The notes beneath the pieces are model-generated. The model saw only the letters and a list, made by a program, of their open reading frames with translations, made no database searches and was not told the origin of the DNA. From Flaccisagitta enflata (taxonomy: Eukaryota), in assembly GCA_965153355.1 (NCBI GenBank), contig OZ231126.1, forward strand, positions 14,818,001 to 14,882,000: a stretch of DNA of 64,000 nt, in the 5' to 3' direction. Numbering within the stretch: position 1 is the stretch's first letter; the number at the start of each line of letters is the position of its first letter. Positions 11,917-26,168 of the stretch are shown here, in pieces. The position numbers were made by a program, and so were the translations under genes.

Positions 11917-14900
11917 GTACTATCTTGACGATGAAAAAAAGCCGCGTTAGATACCGGGTGGACATAGAAAAGGTAGTTCTGTATCTGAATGAAAAGAAAA
12001 CTGTCTTTAACTGCTTATTATATGAATATCTGAAATGATGAATCTCTGAATTTGTACGTATGAATAGAATATACAAATTCAAATTATATAAGATAAACCT
12101 ACAGTGCTTTCACGCTCAAGGAAGAAATCCTGATAATAAGGTTTTATTCATTGGAAAAACATAGGAGTATCATGTTTTCATGAGCGATAAGCACACAAAA
12201 TATTATTTTTAGCATTATTTCCTATTTATAACTAAAAGTGATAATTAGTTATTAATAGTGTTTTGGATGTGCATTTGGTCTTTTACTTAAAAAGTCTTGG
12301 TTTTTACAGTTTCCTAAGACCTACTTTTATTCAACTATCTTTATTCAAACAAAATTTTGTAGAAATCATTGATTTTTAATCAAATCTCAATAAAATTCTT
12401 TAAGTGATCCCTAATTCAATTCAGTTTTCAAAAGATAAAATGAAAAATATTGATCCTCATAAGAAATATTTTCATAATGGAACATGTGAGCCACGATCCT
12501 CATAACTAAGTATTAAGAAAATTTTTACTAAAGAAAATCATATCCTAGAATTAAAGCTACTAGCACAAAACCACAGTATATGTGAAAACAATTTTACGAC
12601 CATGTGGGGACAAAATCAGGCACAGGAAAAGAAATCAAGAGTATCATTTCCACTACCCCTGTATTAAATAGGTACATTGAACCGGATACGGCAATCCGGT
12701 CACGGCCCGAGATTGGGCAGGAGCGGTAATGCGAAAATCTCTCATTCAAAAGTGTTGTGGACCCGACCGTGGACACCACGCCTGCGACAGAGGACCAGCG
12801 CAGATGGACCGACTAACGGCAAAGTGTAGAGGTCAGCGTGTCCGCGTGTAAAAAAAGTCAGTGGTAGAAAAGGAGAAATATAAACTAAGCATGATTTCCT
12901 TGACAAAAACATGGCACAGATGAGTCCATAGATACCGTGAAATTTTGAATGACACGAAATTTTATTTGGGCCTCGAGGCTGGGATTTGGGCCTCATGCTG
13001 GGCTTTGGGCCTCAAGGCTGAGATTTGGGCCTTCATGCTGGGATTTGAGCCTCAAGGCTGGGGTCTGGGCCTCAAGGCTATAACAAAAACAACAACAACA
13101 TATATGTGTTTCAACAACAACAACAACAACAGCAGCAACGTATTGCAGCAGCAACAACAGCAGCAACAAAAATAAATAACAACAATAAAAATAATAACAA
13201 CAACAACAACAATATATATCATATGTGCTGTAGCAACAACCTTAACAACAACAACAACAATAATAATAATAATATCGTGGATGATAATGATGATAACAAG
13301 AAAGACAGTCACCTACAGAATGGCATACGGCAGTACACACTCAAGACTCCTATGATCAAAGAATGGTTTCTGCATATGTGTTGTTGCATGTTTCAAGTCG
13401 TGATTTTCTCTTTCCAAGTCATGTGTTTCATCTCTTCTACAATCCACTATGTCTGTCACGTCTAAATCCATCCATGTCCAGTCTGTCAGTCTGCCTGTCA
13501 GTTGGTCAATCAAGCTGCTGTCCTACAAGTATTTATTCTTTGGCCTTCCTACTCCTGCCCAAATACAGTCCCGCTCATATATTTTGTGTTCCTGGGTTAG
13601 AAAAGATAATTCCTGGATCATTACTGTTTCATATTCATTGTCTGACAAAGTGATGATAGAAAAAACAAACTTTTTCCTTTAATCTCAGCTTATTTCTCTA
13701 TCTACTAATGACGTTCTGCAAGGATCATGTTGAAATTTATTTTGCAGGTAGACTAGGCTCTGATTATGCACCTCCTAATTTTACGATGAAAAGGACACAA
13801 TGTCCAAAGTAAACATCTTTTTTTTTGTGTGTTCCAAACTGTAACAATTATGTCGATTTAATTTTATGTGAAAAGGGATGCACGCACGCGAAAGGACACA
13901 AATCTTGATTGGTAATTTCAGGTCATGAAAATAATGATAATGAAGGGCATGAACATAAGAAGAACAAGTGAGGGAGGAAGAAGAAAACGAAGACAACGAT
14001 GAAAACAAAGAAGAAGAAGAAGAAAAAGAAAAAAGAGGAAAAAACAAAAAACAAAAAAAACAAAAACAAAAGCAACAACAACAACAAAAACAGACAAGAT
14101 GAAAAAGAAGGAAAAGATGAAGATGAAGAAGAAGGACACGGAAGAAGAAGGACGAAAGAAGCAGAAGAAGTAAAAGAAGAAGAACAGGTCATGGGTGTGG
14201 TGTGTACCCGTTGCCCTGCTGTGCATGATTGTGAATTTGAAGGAAAGCAGGGCAGCGGCCCCAAAGGGGACGAGGGTCATAATTACCTGGGGACTTTCGT
14301 TTGTCCGTTGGTCGTCCCATCTGTCGGTCGGTTTGGGCTGAATTCAGGTCTGGGGGCTGATGTAAAGCCAGAAAGTCAGTGAGGGAGCTTGAATGGGCTG
14401 ACAGGGCAGAGGAAGGCTGGATCAAGGCTAGAAAGACCATGAGAGGAGGAACAGCTTGAGATCAGATAGCTGATTTAGTATGTAGGAGGAACATTTTGAG
14501 CCCAGAAGGGTTGGATTTTGAGGCCCTGGAAAGCCAGGTGATGTAGCCCAGATAAGAAGGTCTGAGAGGTAGTAGAGCCTGAGAGGCCAAGTTTGAGGCT
14601 GGAGAGGTTGGTTGAGGCCTGAGAGGTATCTAAGGCCTGGAAGGTCCTAATTGAACCTTGAGAGGCCAGAATTGAGCCCTGAGAGGCCAGAATTGAGACC
14701 TGAAGGCCAGTTTGAGCCTGAGGGGACGAATGGATGGACAAACCTCTGCGAATGGATGGATAACTGACAAACAAAAAAGAAAGAATATGAAGAGGAACAA
14801 CAACGTATATATATATATATATGCTATAACAACACAATACTGCTGCCATAACTGCTTCTGCTGTTTCTGTGCTCTTAACTATACTGCTGCTGCTGTGTCG

Positions 14901-15641
14901 CTATAACAACAACAACAACAACAACAACATTGAATAACATAGAAAATAGCCCCAACGGTCTCAAATATGCCTTCTCATGACTTATAGAAATCACTCCAAG
15001 CAGGGCATCGAGTACCGCTGACCATTTGCGATCCTTGGATGATTAGATTTTTTTTCCTTCTGTCAAATTCCAGCCACGATTCTCAAATCACCGTTTGAGA
15101 ACTAAATCACCGCCTTGAGGTCCAAGTCCCAGCCTCAAAACCCAAATCCCAGTCTCAATGTTGAGGCTTAAATCTCAGCCTCACGCCCAGGAAGCCCCAA
15201 GCTTTATTTGTTAAGAAAAGGCATAGGTTTGAAGAAAAATATCACCGATTCCAAAAAGGGCAAATACTGTCTTTTTTTTTTCAATAATTTTTATCTCAAC
15301 ATTATTCTTAATAATGCAGCCTAAATTATCTGTACCTGATATCCATGAGCAAATAAAGAGCTTTGAATTTTCTTCAAAATAGCGCCAAGAACGAATTTTT
15401 TACTCAATGCGTATGGTTTCTATGTTACAACAAACAAAAAACTCGCAATTCCTATTGTGAATTCTCAAGTTTCTGACAACCAGTGTTCATTCCAATGCCA
15501 TTTCTAAAAGGATAAAGCTAGGACAACCAGCAACATCTCATTTGAAAATTCTTTTGCAGAGCTTCAAAATGGTCATCGATTTTTTATAGTTTTTCTAAAT
15601 TCAAGGTAGATAGAATAAGTTTTCCAAAATCCGCCATTTTT

Positions 15642-17300
15642 AGTCGCGTGCACGCGACTCTACAACCCGCGTTGTCCGTCGGTCGGTTGGTCGGTTCAGT
15701 CAGTCGGTCTGGTTGGTTGGGTCTGCTACCTTTTTGTCATTTTATTTCTTTAAGTCATTTTTAGTCATTCTAGAGTCTGTTCTGAGTCATTTAAAGTCAT
15801 TCTGAGTCATTCTAAGTCATCTGGGTCATTCTCAAGTCATTTTAAGTCATTATTGTCATTTAGTCAATATAGTCCCCTTTCATCTATTTAAGTATTCTAA
15901 GTCATTTAAAGTTATTTTAAGTCATTTCAAGTGATTTTAGGTTATTTCTAATGATTTCAAGGCATTTTAAGTCATTCCAAGTCATTTTAAGTCATTATTT
16001 GTCATTTTAGTCAATATAATCCTTTCATCATTTTAAGTCATTATATGTATTATAAGTCATTATACATCATTTTAAATCATTTTAGTGGTTTTAGTCATTT
16101 TAGTCAATATAGTCATTTCACTTTATATTTACATAATTATAGGTAGTTATAGGTGGTTATACAATTTTGGGTAATCATAGGTAATTATAGGTCATTAAAG
16201 ATCGCTATACAATTACAGGTAATTTAGGTCATTATAGGTAATCATAGGTCATTGTGAAGTATTCAAAGTAATTATAGGTCATTATAGAGTAATTATAGGT
16301 ATTATGCAATTATAAGAGTCATTATTGGTAATCATAGGTCAGTATGTAATCATAGCTAATTATAGGTAATAATAGGTGATTATAGGTAATTACCGGTAAT
16401 TACAGGTAATTATAGGTAATTATAGATCATTATATAATTATAGGTCATTATAGGTCATTATAAGGTCATTATAGGTCATTATAGGTCATTATTGGTAATT
16501 ATAGGTATTATACAATAATGAAAATCTGGAGTAATTAAAGGTAATAATAGATCATTATAAGTAATAAGAATTAATTATGTAATAATAGGTAATTATAGGT
16601 CATTCTAGATAATTATGGGTAATCATAGGTCATTATGAAATTATGGGTAATCATAAGTAATCAAAAGTCATTAAAAGTAATTATAAGTCATTATGTAATA
16701 ATAAATGAAGTATAGTAATCATAGGGTCATTACAAGTGATATATATAAGCAGACAATTATAAGTAATTATAGGTCAATATTCAATTTTAGGTAATGAGCT
16801 AATCATAGGTAATTATATGATGAGTATAGGGGTCATTATGCAGTACAGTTAATTATAGGTAATCATAGGTCATTAAAAGTCATTATGTTATCAAAAGGTA
16901 GTGTAAGTAGATTATGGGTAATCATAAGTCATAATAGGTAATTATTGGTCCATATGTAATTATAGGTAATCATAGGTCTTTATAAGTACTTATAGGTCAT
17001 TATTTAATTATAGGTAATTATAGGTAATTATAGGTCATTATCCAATTATAGGTAACTATAGGTAATCATAAGTCATTGCAGGTGGTTATAGATCATTATA
17101 GTTATTACCTGGTAATTGTGCGTAATTTTGGGTAATCATACCTCATTATAGGTAATCATTGGTCCATATGTAGTATGAGTGTCTGAGTCTTTATAAATTG
17201 CTGCCTGGTCATTATTTGATTATGAGTAGTATATGGGCATCATAGGTAATTATAGTAATGCCAGGTGCGACCTAAGCAGTACTCAGGTCAATAGATGATT
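15642..17300 (+). mobile_element. HINE-like family A element expanded by an internal minisatellite array
   Basis: Starts with palindrome AGTCGCGTGCACGCGACT and a GTCG microsatellite, then ~1.5 kb of AAGTCATT / TAGGTAATTA / TAGGTCATTA ~10-bp units. Confidence 0.6.
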
Positions 17301-19979
17301 GAAAGCTAGGACAACCAGCAACATCTCATTTGAAAATTCTTTTGCAGAGCTTCAAAATGGTCACCGATTTTTTTATAGTTTTTCTTAATTCAAGGTAGAT
17401 AGAATTAGTTTTCCAAAATCCGCCATTTTTTATGTCCCCAAGGTTATAACGCAAATCACAGCCGCGCACAGGCAATTGTTCCCTTCAAGACCGATGTCCC
17501 TCTTACAATCACATCCCTACATCAACTAAATAAGGGGGCATCATAACGCTAAAATTTACACTTTTATGACTACAGTTGAACCCTGCCGGATATGAGGCTA
17601 CCCAAGTAACGTGTGGGTGGACAGGGGAACTGATGACCAACAAGTCATCGAGATCGCACGCGGTCAGCGGTACTCAATACTTTCACTTGGAGTGAATCTT
17701 TGAAGTAGTGGATTGAGCAGGGCAGCGGCCTCAAAGGGCCGATGTCCTGTAGGACACAGGGGTGAATTTCCATACGTCCTGACTCCTGAGAGGGCATATT
17801 TGAGGTCTTTGGAGCACTTTTCCATGATTTTCAATGGGAGTTAGGCAGTTTTTTAATTTTTCATCAATTTGCCATGTTATTCAATGGGAATTTCACATTT
17901 TCCTTTTTCATCAAATTTCCATATTATTCAATGGTAAGTTTGCATTTATCAATTTCATGTTATTCAATAGAATTTTGAAACAAAGCTTTTAGAGAAGAGA
18001 CGGTGGGGCGGAAGGACAGACGGAAGGGTGAGGACGGGCGTGTGAAATGCCCCTGTGTCCCTGCAGGACGCCGGCCCGCTTGGACGCTTCCCAAAAAAAC
18101 TGTAATCGAGCATTTGAGCAGGAGCGGCATAGCAAGAAACGTCCGTAAATGCTTTAAAGGCAAAGTGTCAGCAATGGACTGATAGACTGACCAACCGACT
18201 GACCAACAAATGGACATAGCGGCCTATATAGTCGCATGCACATGACAATAAGTTGTTGGTCCCGTAAAATCACTTTAAAAGAATGGACGGAACACAAAAT
18301 TTTGTGATCACTTTCAACCCTTCAACAGATCAGCCCTTCAACTCTGCAGGGCCATTACCCCTCTCCCTTCCATATTCTGACATATTCCAAGTTAAAGGCA
18401 ATGAGTACCGATGACCATTTTTTATTTGTGCTTATTTTCCTTTCTTTCTTCCTCCCTCTATTTTTATCTTGTTTTCTTATTTTCTTCCATCATTCCATTC
18501 TTTTTGGGCAGCTACCCCGAATGTGACAAGGTCCTGTAGAGCACAGAGAGACTTTCAATCATAAATCACCGTCCCAGTCCCAGTCTGTCTGTGGTACGTC
18601 AGATAAGTCCGTCCCCATGATGCACAAGCCGTCGACGAGGCTAGTCAAACTGTAAGCTGATCAAACAAAATAGTCCAAATCTGTTAAATTAGCCAAATCG
18701 ACAAGAAAAAGCTTTTAAGACCAGGTAAATGGACATATCTGGCTAAACCTGGTCTGGCACAAGTTCTCATCTTAGCCTTTAAACTTAGATTCTGTCCAGC
18801 CATCGAGCATGGGACCAGGTCTGGCGGGACCCAGTTCTAACCTCAAGACACAGGTGCTGGGCGCAAGGGCTGAAATCCTGGCCTCAGAGGACCAAATCCT
18901 GACCTCATTGAAATCTCATGCTCTGGACCAAGAAGTCCCAGTGTCTGAGACAAGATTCTGAGCGCAGGGCGGGATCTGTTTGCTCTGCACTCGACAACAC
19001 CAGTATACAAAAATGGCAAGGGTACCATTGTCCCATAATCTGCCTTTGTCCAGTTCATCTTGATTTTCAATGAAAGTTGGAATAACAAGGCATCTGGACA
19101 GAAGGAAAAGCAAACAAGAGGGCCAAGATGGACAGATAGGCATATGGAAATGAACCATGGACGGACAGATTCCCCATATGTTCTACAGGACAAGTCTATC
19201 AGGGTGTGCCTGTCTATCTCAGCCTTCATACTTTAAAGCAAAACAAGTCCTTACATTACCTACTTTGAGCTGCTGTTTCCTCTTCCTTACCTTTCTCTGC
19301 AGCTTCATTTGTTGTTTTCTTTCTTTTACGTTCTTTTAGATACGCCTGTCAGGGCATCTCTATAAAGGAGTTAGTCCCGTCAAAATAAAATCGTCTGTCG
19401 GTCCATCTGTGCGCTCGTCCATCCGTCTGTCCATCTGTCGTCGTAATTCATCGATCCACTATCGTCCGTTGCGCAAGTGCAAAAACCGCGTTTCTTGACT
19501 GTTTTTGTACCTGGTGATCTATCACTGAAACAAATGATCAGCTTCATCATGTTTTGGGTATACTACTTCAGTTGCTCCATGCTGTCCATCTGTCATGCCC
19601 ACTCAGGCACGGCGGACACTTTTGTTGCCAGTGGGCTTATTTTCATTCTTGACGGACTACAAAGCTCAATCAACAGCATGGTTCAGTATATATTGGTCCG
19701 GAATACACTCATATCTCACCCTTATTATGGCTGCCACATCCCGTACTATTATACACACACAGTTGACAATCAGGCCTTTGTCCTAAACACACCATCGTGG
19801 GCGAGGTTTAGACGGAGGGAGGCTTACATGCTCCAAGTTTCATCGGAATACCGCCAATAACAGTTACTTTTCTCATTTATTATCGTTATTGACTATAACA
19901 GAATTCTGCCTTTAAAAATGTGTGACCGACAAAGAGACAGACGGACAGATAGACTGACATGAGCGCGATTAGACATGCG

Positions 19980-20040
<61 letters not shown>

Positions 20041-20386
20041 CCTTTTTGCCTTTATGCTTTTTCTCAATCCATTTTCAAGAACCGATCTTAGCCAAGACCA
20101 CCACATTCTCAGTGTGATCATAAAATGAGGCAGTGACCAATCCACCTCAGAGGCAGATTCGGCATGAGTGTTTGGCTGTTAACTCTGGTGAGGTCATTAC
20201 TTCTACAGTCCTCACTCTCAAGATCTTCTGAACCAACGTGATCAAATCAATGGAGAGCAAAGAACAAGGGGCCCGATATGTGCTGTAGCGTGCAGGTGGG
20301 CAGCAGGGGATATTACTTTATATCTCTTCTTTATTAGTCTTCTATGTATATCTCTGTCCTTATACAATCTCTCTGTCTCAAATATA

Positions 20387-20455
<69 letters not shown>

Positions 20456-20470
20456 TATATCATTTCTCTC

Positions 20471-20529
<59 letters not shown>

Positions 20530-20537
20530 TTGTTCAG

Positions 20538-20702
20538 CACGTGGTGGAGACCCACGTGTTGCAGTTTTTGGATCAACTGTGCCGCGATGATGAGCAAGAT
20601 ATTCGGGTGATGATGGCCGACCAAATGCAAACCTTCTGCGTAGATTTGGAAGATTCTGCGAGAGTCAGGATCATTCTCAAGAATGTCGTCCCGCTGCTAA
20701 AG
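20538..20702 (+). CDS. PPP2R1A: PP2A A subunit-like, exon 9
   Basis: HVVETHVLQFLDQLCRDDEQDIRVMMADQMQTFCVDLEDSARVRIILKNVVPLLK vs [50 protein letters not shown]; cag/gtctgg boundaries, phase 0-0. Confidence 0.88.
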
Positions 20703-21616
20703 GTCTGGTAGAGAGTCATTCAGTTAGTTTTGATACTAAGGAGTATAATTGAAGGTTATACGATTGTTAAAAGTTTGTCTTCAGTAAATGGTTGACCTGA
20801 ATGCCGATCCCGGGGCAGTTAGTAGCGTCGCTGCTCGGAAGGGAACGCGCGCAATTAAGTGGTCTTGGAAGAAAGAGATAGTTAAGTATTCGAAGGAGTA
20901 AGTAAAAAATGTCAAAAAGAATCTGACGAACGTAAAGAAAAAGAATAAAGAAAGTAAAATAGCGATATAGGTGGTGATTTCAGCGTTAGGAACATAATTT
21001 GCATATTGCAGTTTTGAAATAACCGTTTTCTATCCATTTAATGAAATGATAAATAAAAACTCAATGGGTATCCAAATTTAAAACGGATGTATTGCTACTA
21101 AGCTCAGAAGATAATGAAGCAATGGTTGTGTTTAAAAGGAAACAGTACGGCTTCACATGTTGTAAAGCTCTAAAATTGAAAGCTTACAAAGCATCGAATA
21201 AAATATCTCTGAAATCCAGCCTGTTGGAATCCGAGTATCCGACATCCTCCGACGTCCCATCTGCCGAGGGGTGCATGGTCATTGGCTAACGCAACTGGCA
21301 CATGCTGACCGATTGCATAATAGAGGGCCTGGCCGGGCTGGCCCTAGGCTAAAATCGATATGTCGAAATGCAGGTTGATTAGCGATGCCTTTCAAATTTT
21401 AATTGGTTATTATTGTGACACTTTATGAGGAAAAAGAAAGGAAGAGTCGCTCAGTTGGTGAAAAATCAGTACCCATGGAAGTATGGATGTTCATTTTCTC
21501 CAACATCAATTTTCCCGCGTCCGAGGTATTTTCGGCATAGATGTAAGTTGCGGACAGGCGAGCCGTCCGTTGGTCCATCGGTCAATCTTTTATGGTTTAT
21601 CCTTCATGTCTTTCAG

Positions 21617-21742
21617 GAATTTTCCGTCGATACGAATCGTGTGAGGGAGAGTCTGGCATCAGTTCTCTTCCGTCTCTCCAGTCAAGCTGGCAAGGACGTA
21701 ACGATGGATCATCTCGTTCCCGTCTCCATGGTGCTGATCAAG
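21617..21742 (+). CDS. PPP2R1A: PP2A A subunit-like, exon 10 (last one found)
   Basis: EFSVDTNRVRESLASVLFRLSSQAGKDVTMDHLVPVSMVLIK vs [43 protein letters not shown]; ends at donor gtgggg. Confidence 0.9.
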
Positions 21743-24427
21743 GTGGGGGACTTATCGCTAATTGCAGTTTGCACTTCACTCGATTAGTTGATTAACTGAC
21801 GAGAAATATAGACGCAGATGGATAAGGAATAGCAACGATTTCGATTAAATCTCTCTAGAATGAAGATGAGCGGGCTCGGGCGTGGGGTAGGATCTCCACG
21901 CGATTCACAGATAATATCTGCAATAGCGGATGTCAACGGACCAACAAATTTTATCCATTATAGGCGGATTTCCATTATTTTCAATCGATTTACAAATAAT
22001 ATCAGTCCAAAGGCAGTAAGTGGTCCGCGGTACCCGTGCCCTGCTTGAGCAGTGTGTGATTTAAGTTGGGGGAGAGCAGGGCAATGGCCGTGAAGGAGAC
22101 GAAGTGCTGTAGAACACGGGGGGGAATCTGTCTGTCCGTACGTACGTCTGTACGTCCGTTTGTACCCCCCCCCTCCTCACCCCATCCTCAGGGCTTCGTC
22201 TCCTGTGGGGCCTATTCTGACCCAAATTCATGTTAAATATTTAAATCCAGCAAAATATAGCCCAAATCTAAGCAAGCAAAATGGCCCAAATCTAAGCAAA
22301 ATGGCTAAATCAAACAACATGGCCTGAATCTGATCAGATTCTGAAGTATTAGAGCCATATAGGTCTGAGGGCCATAGATGGACCTCAAAGGCCAAAATGT
22401 GTTTTGTGGTGGCCATATGAATTTAGGCCTGTCTGAATTTGGGCATTTTTATAAATATTGCTTGGATTTGGGCTATTTGGCAGAATTTGGGTCAGAGTAG
22501 ACCCCAAAGGAGACAAAGCCCTGAGGATAGGGGGGGGGAAGGACGGACATATGGACGCATGTACAGACAAAAAGATTCCCCCTGTATTCTACAGGACTTT
22601 GTCTCCTTCGGGGCCGCTACCCAAAAAGCAACTTGCTTGAAGGAGCCCATATAGCGGGGTGTTTACCTGTGCTTCTTTAAAACGCCACACATGCCCCTCA
22701 ATTCACAGTTCATGGGGACATTGTATGAGCCCTAGTCAATTGGGGATGTTAAAATTTGCTCTCGACACTTCGACAGGATGACTCGGCAGAGACACGATTA
22801 AATCTAGTCAAAAATTTGGCTCAGTTGGGAAAAGTCGTTGGTTTGAAAAATCTTTCGACGTCGTTGATACCGAAAGTCATTGAGGTACGTCATTGCATGA
22901 AAAAAGCTGTGAAATTTTTGGAGCAGTAATGCGAGTGGGCAGGGCCGGGGCAGTAATGCAAGTGGGCCGGGGTAGTCTTGCAGGTTGGCAGGGGTAGTAA
23001 TGGATGGGTGGGGAACCAATGCGTCAAAAATCGGCTATCTTAACTTGAGGGAATAACCTCAACTTGAAAAAAAAATATATTGATATTGATGATGTATTGA
23101 AAGCTAGATCTTCGAAAAATTTTGGGTCGTGTTCAGACTGTAATTTACATTGATCATATTGGAAAAACCTAAAATCTCAACCAGAGCAAACCTATCTAAA
23201 AACATACTTACTCACCTTGTTGAGCTGAAAATGTTGATCAGTTGTTGAAGATATCTAAGAGCTGGATTAACACAATACAGATGAAATGACGCTCTATGAA
23301 ATTCATATTATGACCATTTGACACAATCGAGTAAAAGGCACTATTTCACCTACAGCGGAAAGGAGTTGCCCCTTATGAATAGGTATAAGGCCGAAAATTC
23401 ATGCATGAAATATAAATCTCAACTTTTAGGCCAACTTTCAGCACCAAAAGTCAAATATCACCCAAGAGGCTTAGATTTTTGCCTCAAGTCCAAGAGGCAT
23501 TTGATGCTGATGCCGTTCCCACCCCTCCAGCCACACAAATAATGAGCGCATGTCAGTGACTATTACGCTTAGTAAAAAAAAAAAAAAAAAAAAAAACAAA
23601 ACAAATTTTCCAATCACCCTATGCAGTGCGCTGGCATGTTGAAATATGCGGAAGATAGCCAGAAAAAACCAAATTTATGATCCCACGTGACCTAAAACCA
23701 TCAGCAGCAAGACTGCAAAGTTAACAAAGAAATTAAAGAGAAATTCTTGAAATAAAAAAAGCCTTTTATTTTCTTTGTTATTTTCAGAGGGTCGCTGCCG
23801 ATGGTTTTAGGCCACAGAGAGCAATGCAATTTTTCCTCCAGGCTTCTACCATTACTTCACACATTTTCAATCATTGCCATTGGCTGTCAGATAACTTCGG
23901 TCATTTTTTGCTAACCGTAGTCCGTAGTGACTATTGATCACTGACCAAATAATGTTTTTACGACTTTAAGTAATGTACGATATGGCAGAAGAAAATTTAT
24001 CAGTGTATTGAATTTGAGTGTTATCACTTGGGGGTCATTCATGCTCGGTAGCAATTTCGTTACTGACAGATGCAGAGATTGTTCCAAGATTCTGGATGCC
24101 AAAACTTGACCATCATAACGCACAAATTTCCAACTACACCTGAATAGATCTGCTAAACGTACGTCCAACCATATTATTAAGATGGCTAAAACTGTTTGGT
24201 TCACGTTTTTAATCAAATGAAAATTCCGTTTCTTTTTCTCACTTGCATTCTTCAAAAGGTCAAAATAAAATCAATAAAAAGACATGAATAAAAGAAGCAA
24301 AAACATGGTTTCATTATTTGTCAATGAGGTTGATACCATTTTGCAGATACAGCGAGGGGAAGTAGTAGGATACTTTGTGTCAGTCCGAGTATTTGAGTAA
24401 AAACAAACTCTCGACTATTTTGTTTTT

Positions 24428-26168
24428 AGTCGCGTGCACGCGACTCTACAACCCGCTCCGTCGGTCGGTTGGTCGGTCGGTCCGTCCGTCCATCCGTCCG
24501 TTGGTAACACTTTGCTTTTTTGCGTCTTTTTGGGTCGTCTGGAGTTATTTTGAGTCATTTTTTTGTTGTTTTTGGGAATCATTGGTTGCTTTTGGTCATT
24601 TTTGGTCATTTTTAATCATTTTGGTCATTTTGGTCATTTTGGTCATTATGGTCATTAAGGTCATTTTGGTCATTTTGGTCATTTTTAGCCATTTTTGGTC
24701 ATTTTTGGTCATTTTTGATCAATTTTGATCATTTTTGATCATTTTTGATCATTTTTGATCATTTTTGGTCATTTCTGGTCATTTTTGGTCACCTTTGGTC
24801 ATTTTTGGTCATTTTTGGTCATTTTTGGTCATTTTTTTCATTTTGGTCATTTTTGGTCATTTTCGGCCATTTTTGGTCATTTTTGGTCATTTTTGGCCAT
24901 TTCTGATCATTTCTGATCATTTTTGATCATTTTAGGGCATTTTTAGTCATTTTTGGTCATTTTTGGTCCTTTTGGGTCAATTTGGTCATTTTTGGTCATT
25001 TTGGTCATTTTGGTCATTTTTGATCATTTTTGGTCATTTTTGGTCATTTTGGTCATTTTGGTCATTTTGGTCATTATGATCATTTTTGGTCATCTTTGGT
25101 CATCTTGGTCATTTTGGTCATTATGGTCATTATGGTCATCTTGGTCATTTAGGTCATTTTTGGTCATTTTTGGTCATTTTTAATCATTTTTAATCATTTT
25201 GGTCATTTTGGTCATTTTGATCATTTTTGGTTAAAGTCTGCTGGTTAAAGTTTGTTGGTTAAAGTCTGCTGGTTGAAGTCTGCTAGTTAAAGTCTGCTGG
25301 TTAAAGTCTGCTGGGTAAAGTCTGATGGTTAAAGTCTGCTGGTTTAAATCTGCTGGTTTACATCTGCTGGTTTAAGTCTGCTGGTTAAAATCTAATGGGT
25401 TAGGTCTGCTGGTTAAAGTCTGCTGGTTTAAATCTGCTGGTTTAAGTCTGCTGGTTTAAAACTAATGGTTTCAGTCTGCTGGTCTAATGGTTTAAGTGTG
25501 CTGGTTTAAGTCTGCTGGTTAAAATGATATTAAAGATAATTATGGTTTAAGTCTGGTTTAAGTCTGGTTTAAGTCTGGTTTAAGTCTGGTTTAAGTCTGG
25601 TTTAAGTCTGGTTTAAGTCTGGTTTAAGTCTGGTTTAAGTCTGGTTTAAGTCTGGTTTAAGTCTGGTTTAAGTCTGGTTCAAGACTGGTTCATGTCTGAT
25701 TTATGTCTGGTTTAGGTCTGGGTTAGGTCTGGTTTTTGTCTGGTTTATATTTGATTTAGGTCTGGTTTTGGTCTGGTTTTGGTCTGGTTTTGGTCTGGTT
25801 TAATTCTGGTTTGAGTTTGGTTTGAGTCTGGTTTGAGTCTGGTTTGATTAGGGTTTAAGCCTGGTTTGAGCCTGGCTTGAGCCTGGTTTCGGTCTGGTTT
25901 AAGTCTGGCTTACATCTGGTTTATGTCTGGTTTATGTCTGGTTTATGTCTGGTTTATGTCTGATTTCGGTCTGATTTCGGTCTGGTTTAATTCTGGTTTG
26001 AGTCTGGTTTGAGTCTGGTTTGAGTCTGGTTTGAGTCTGGTTTGAGTCTGGTTTGGGTCTGTTTTGGGTTGTGTTTAAGTCTGATTTTCGATAAAAAGAT
26101 ACAATAAGGAGTCAGGTCAGTTCAGTTATTTTTGTCCTGCACGCGACTTTTAGGTGTTGGCCTTGTTT
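24428..26168 (+). mobile_element. HINE-like family A element carrying three successive satellite blocks
   Basis: 5' palindrome 24428-24445, (GTCG/GTCC)n, then (TTTTGGTCA)n, (GTCTGCTGGTTAAA)n and (GTCTGGTTTAA)n, ending GCACGCGACT..GGCCTTGTTTT. Confidence 0.7.

Noticed and set aside
6180-14382. Poly-L/V/C, poly-M/D, poly-Q/N and poly-K/E ORFs
   Set aside because: Trinucleotide or low-complexity intronic repeats with no domain signal; only the short PP2A exons in this span are coding
24590-26070. CRISPR-like or telomere-like arrays
   Set aside because: Units are contiguous with no unique spacers, no cas genes, eukaryotic context; GTCTGGTTTAA is not a canonical telomere unit and lies inside a transposon
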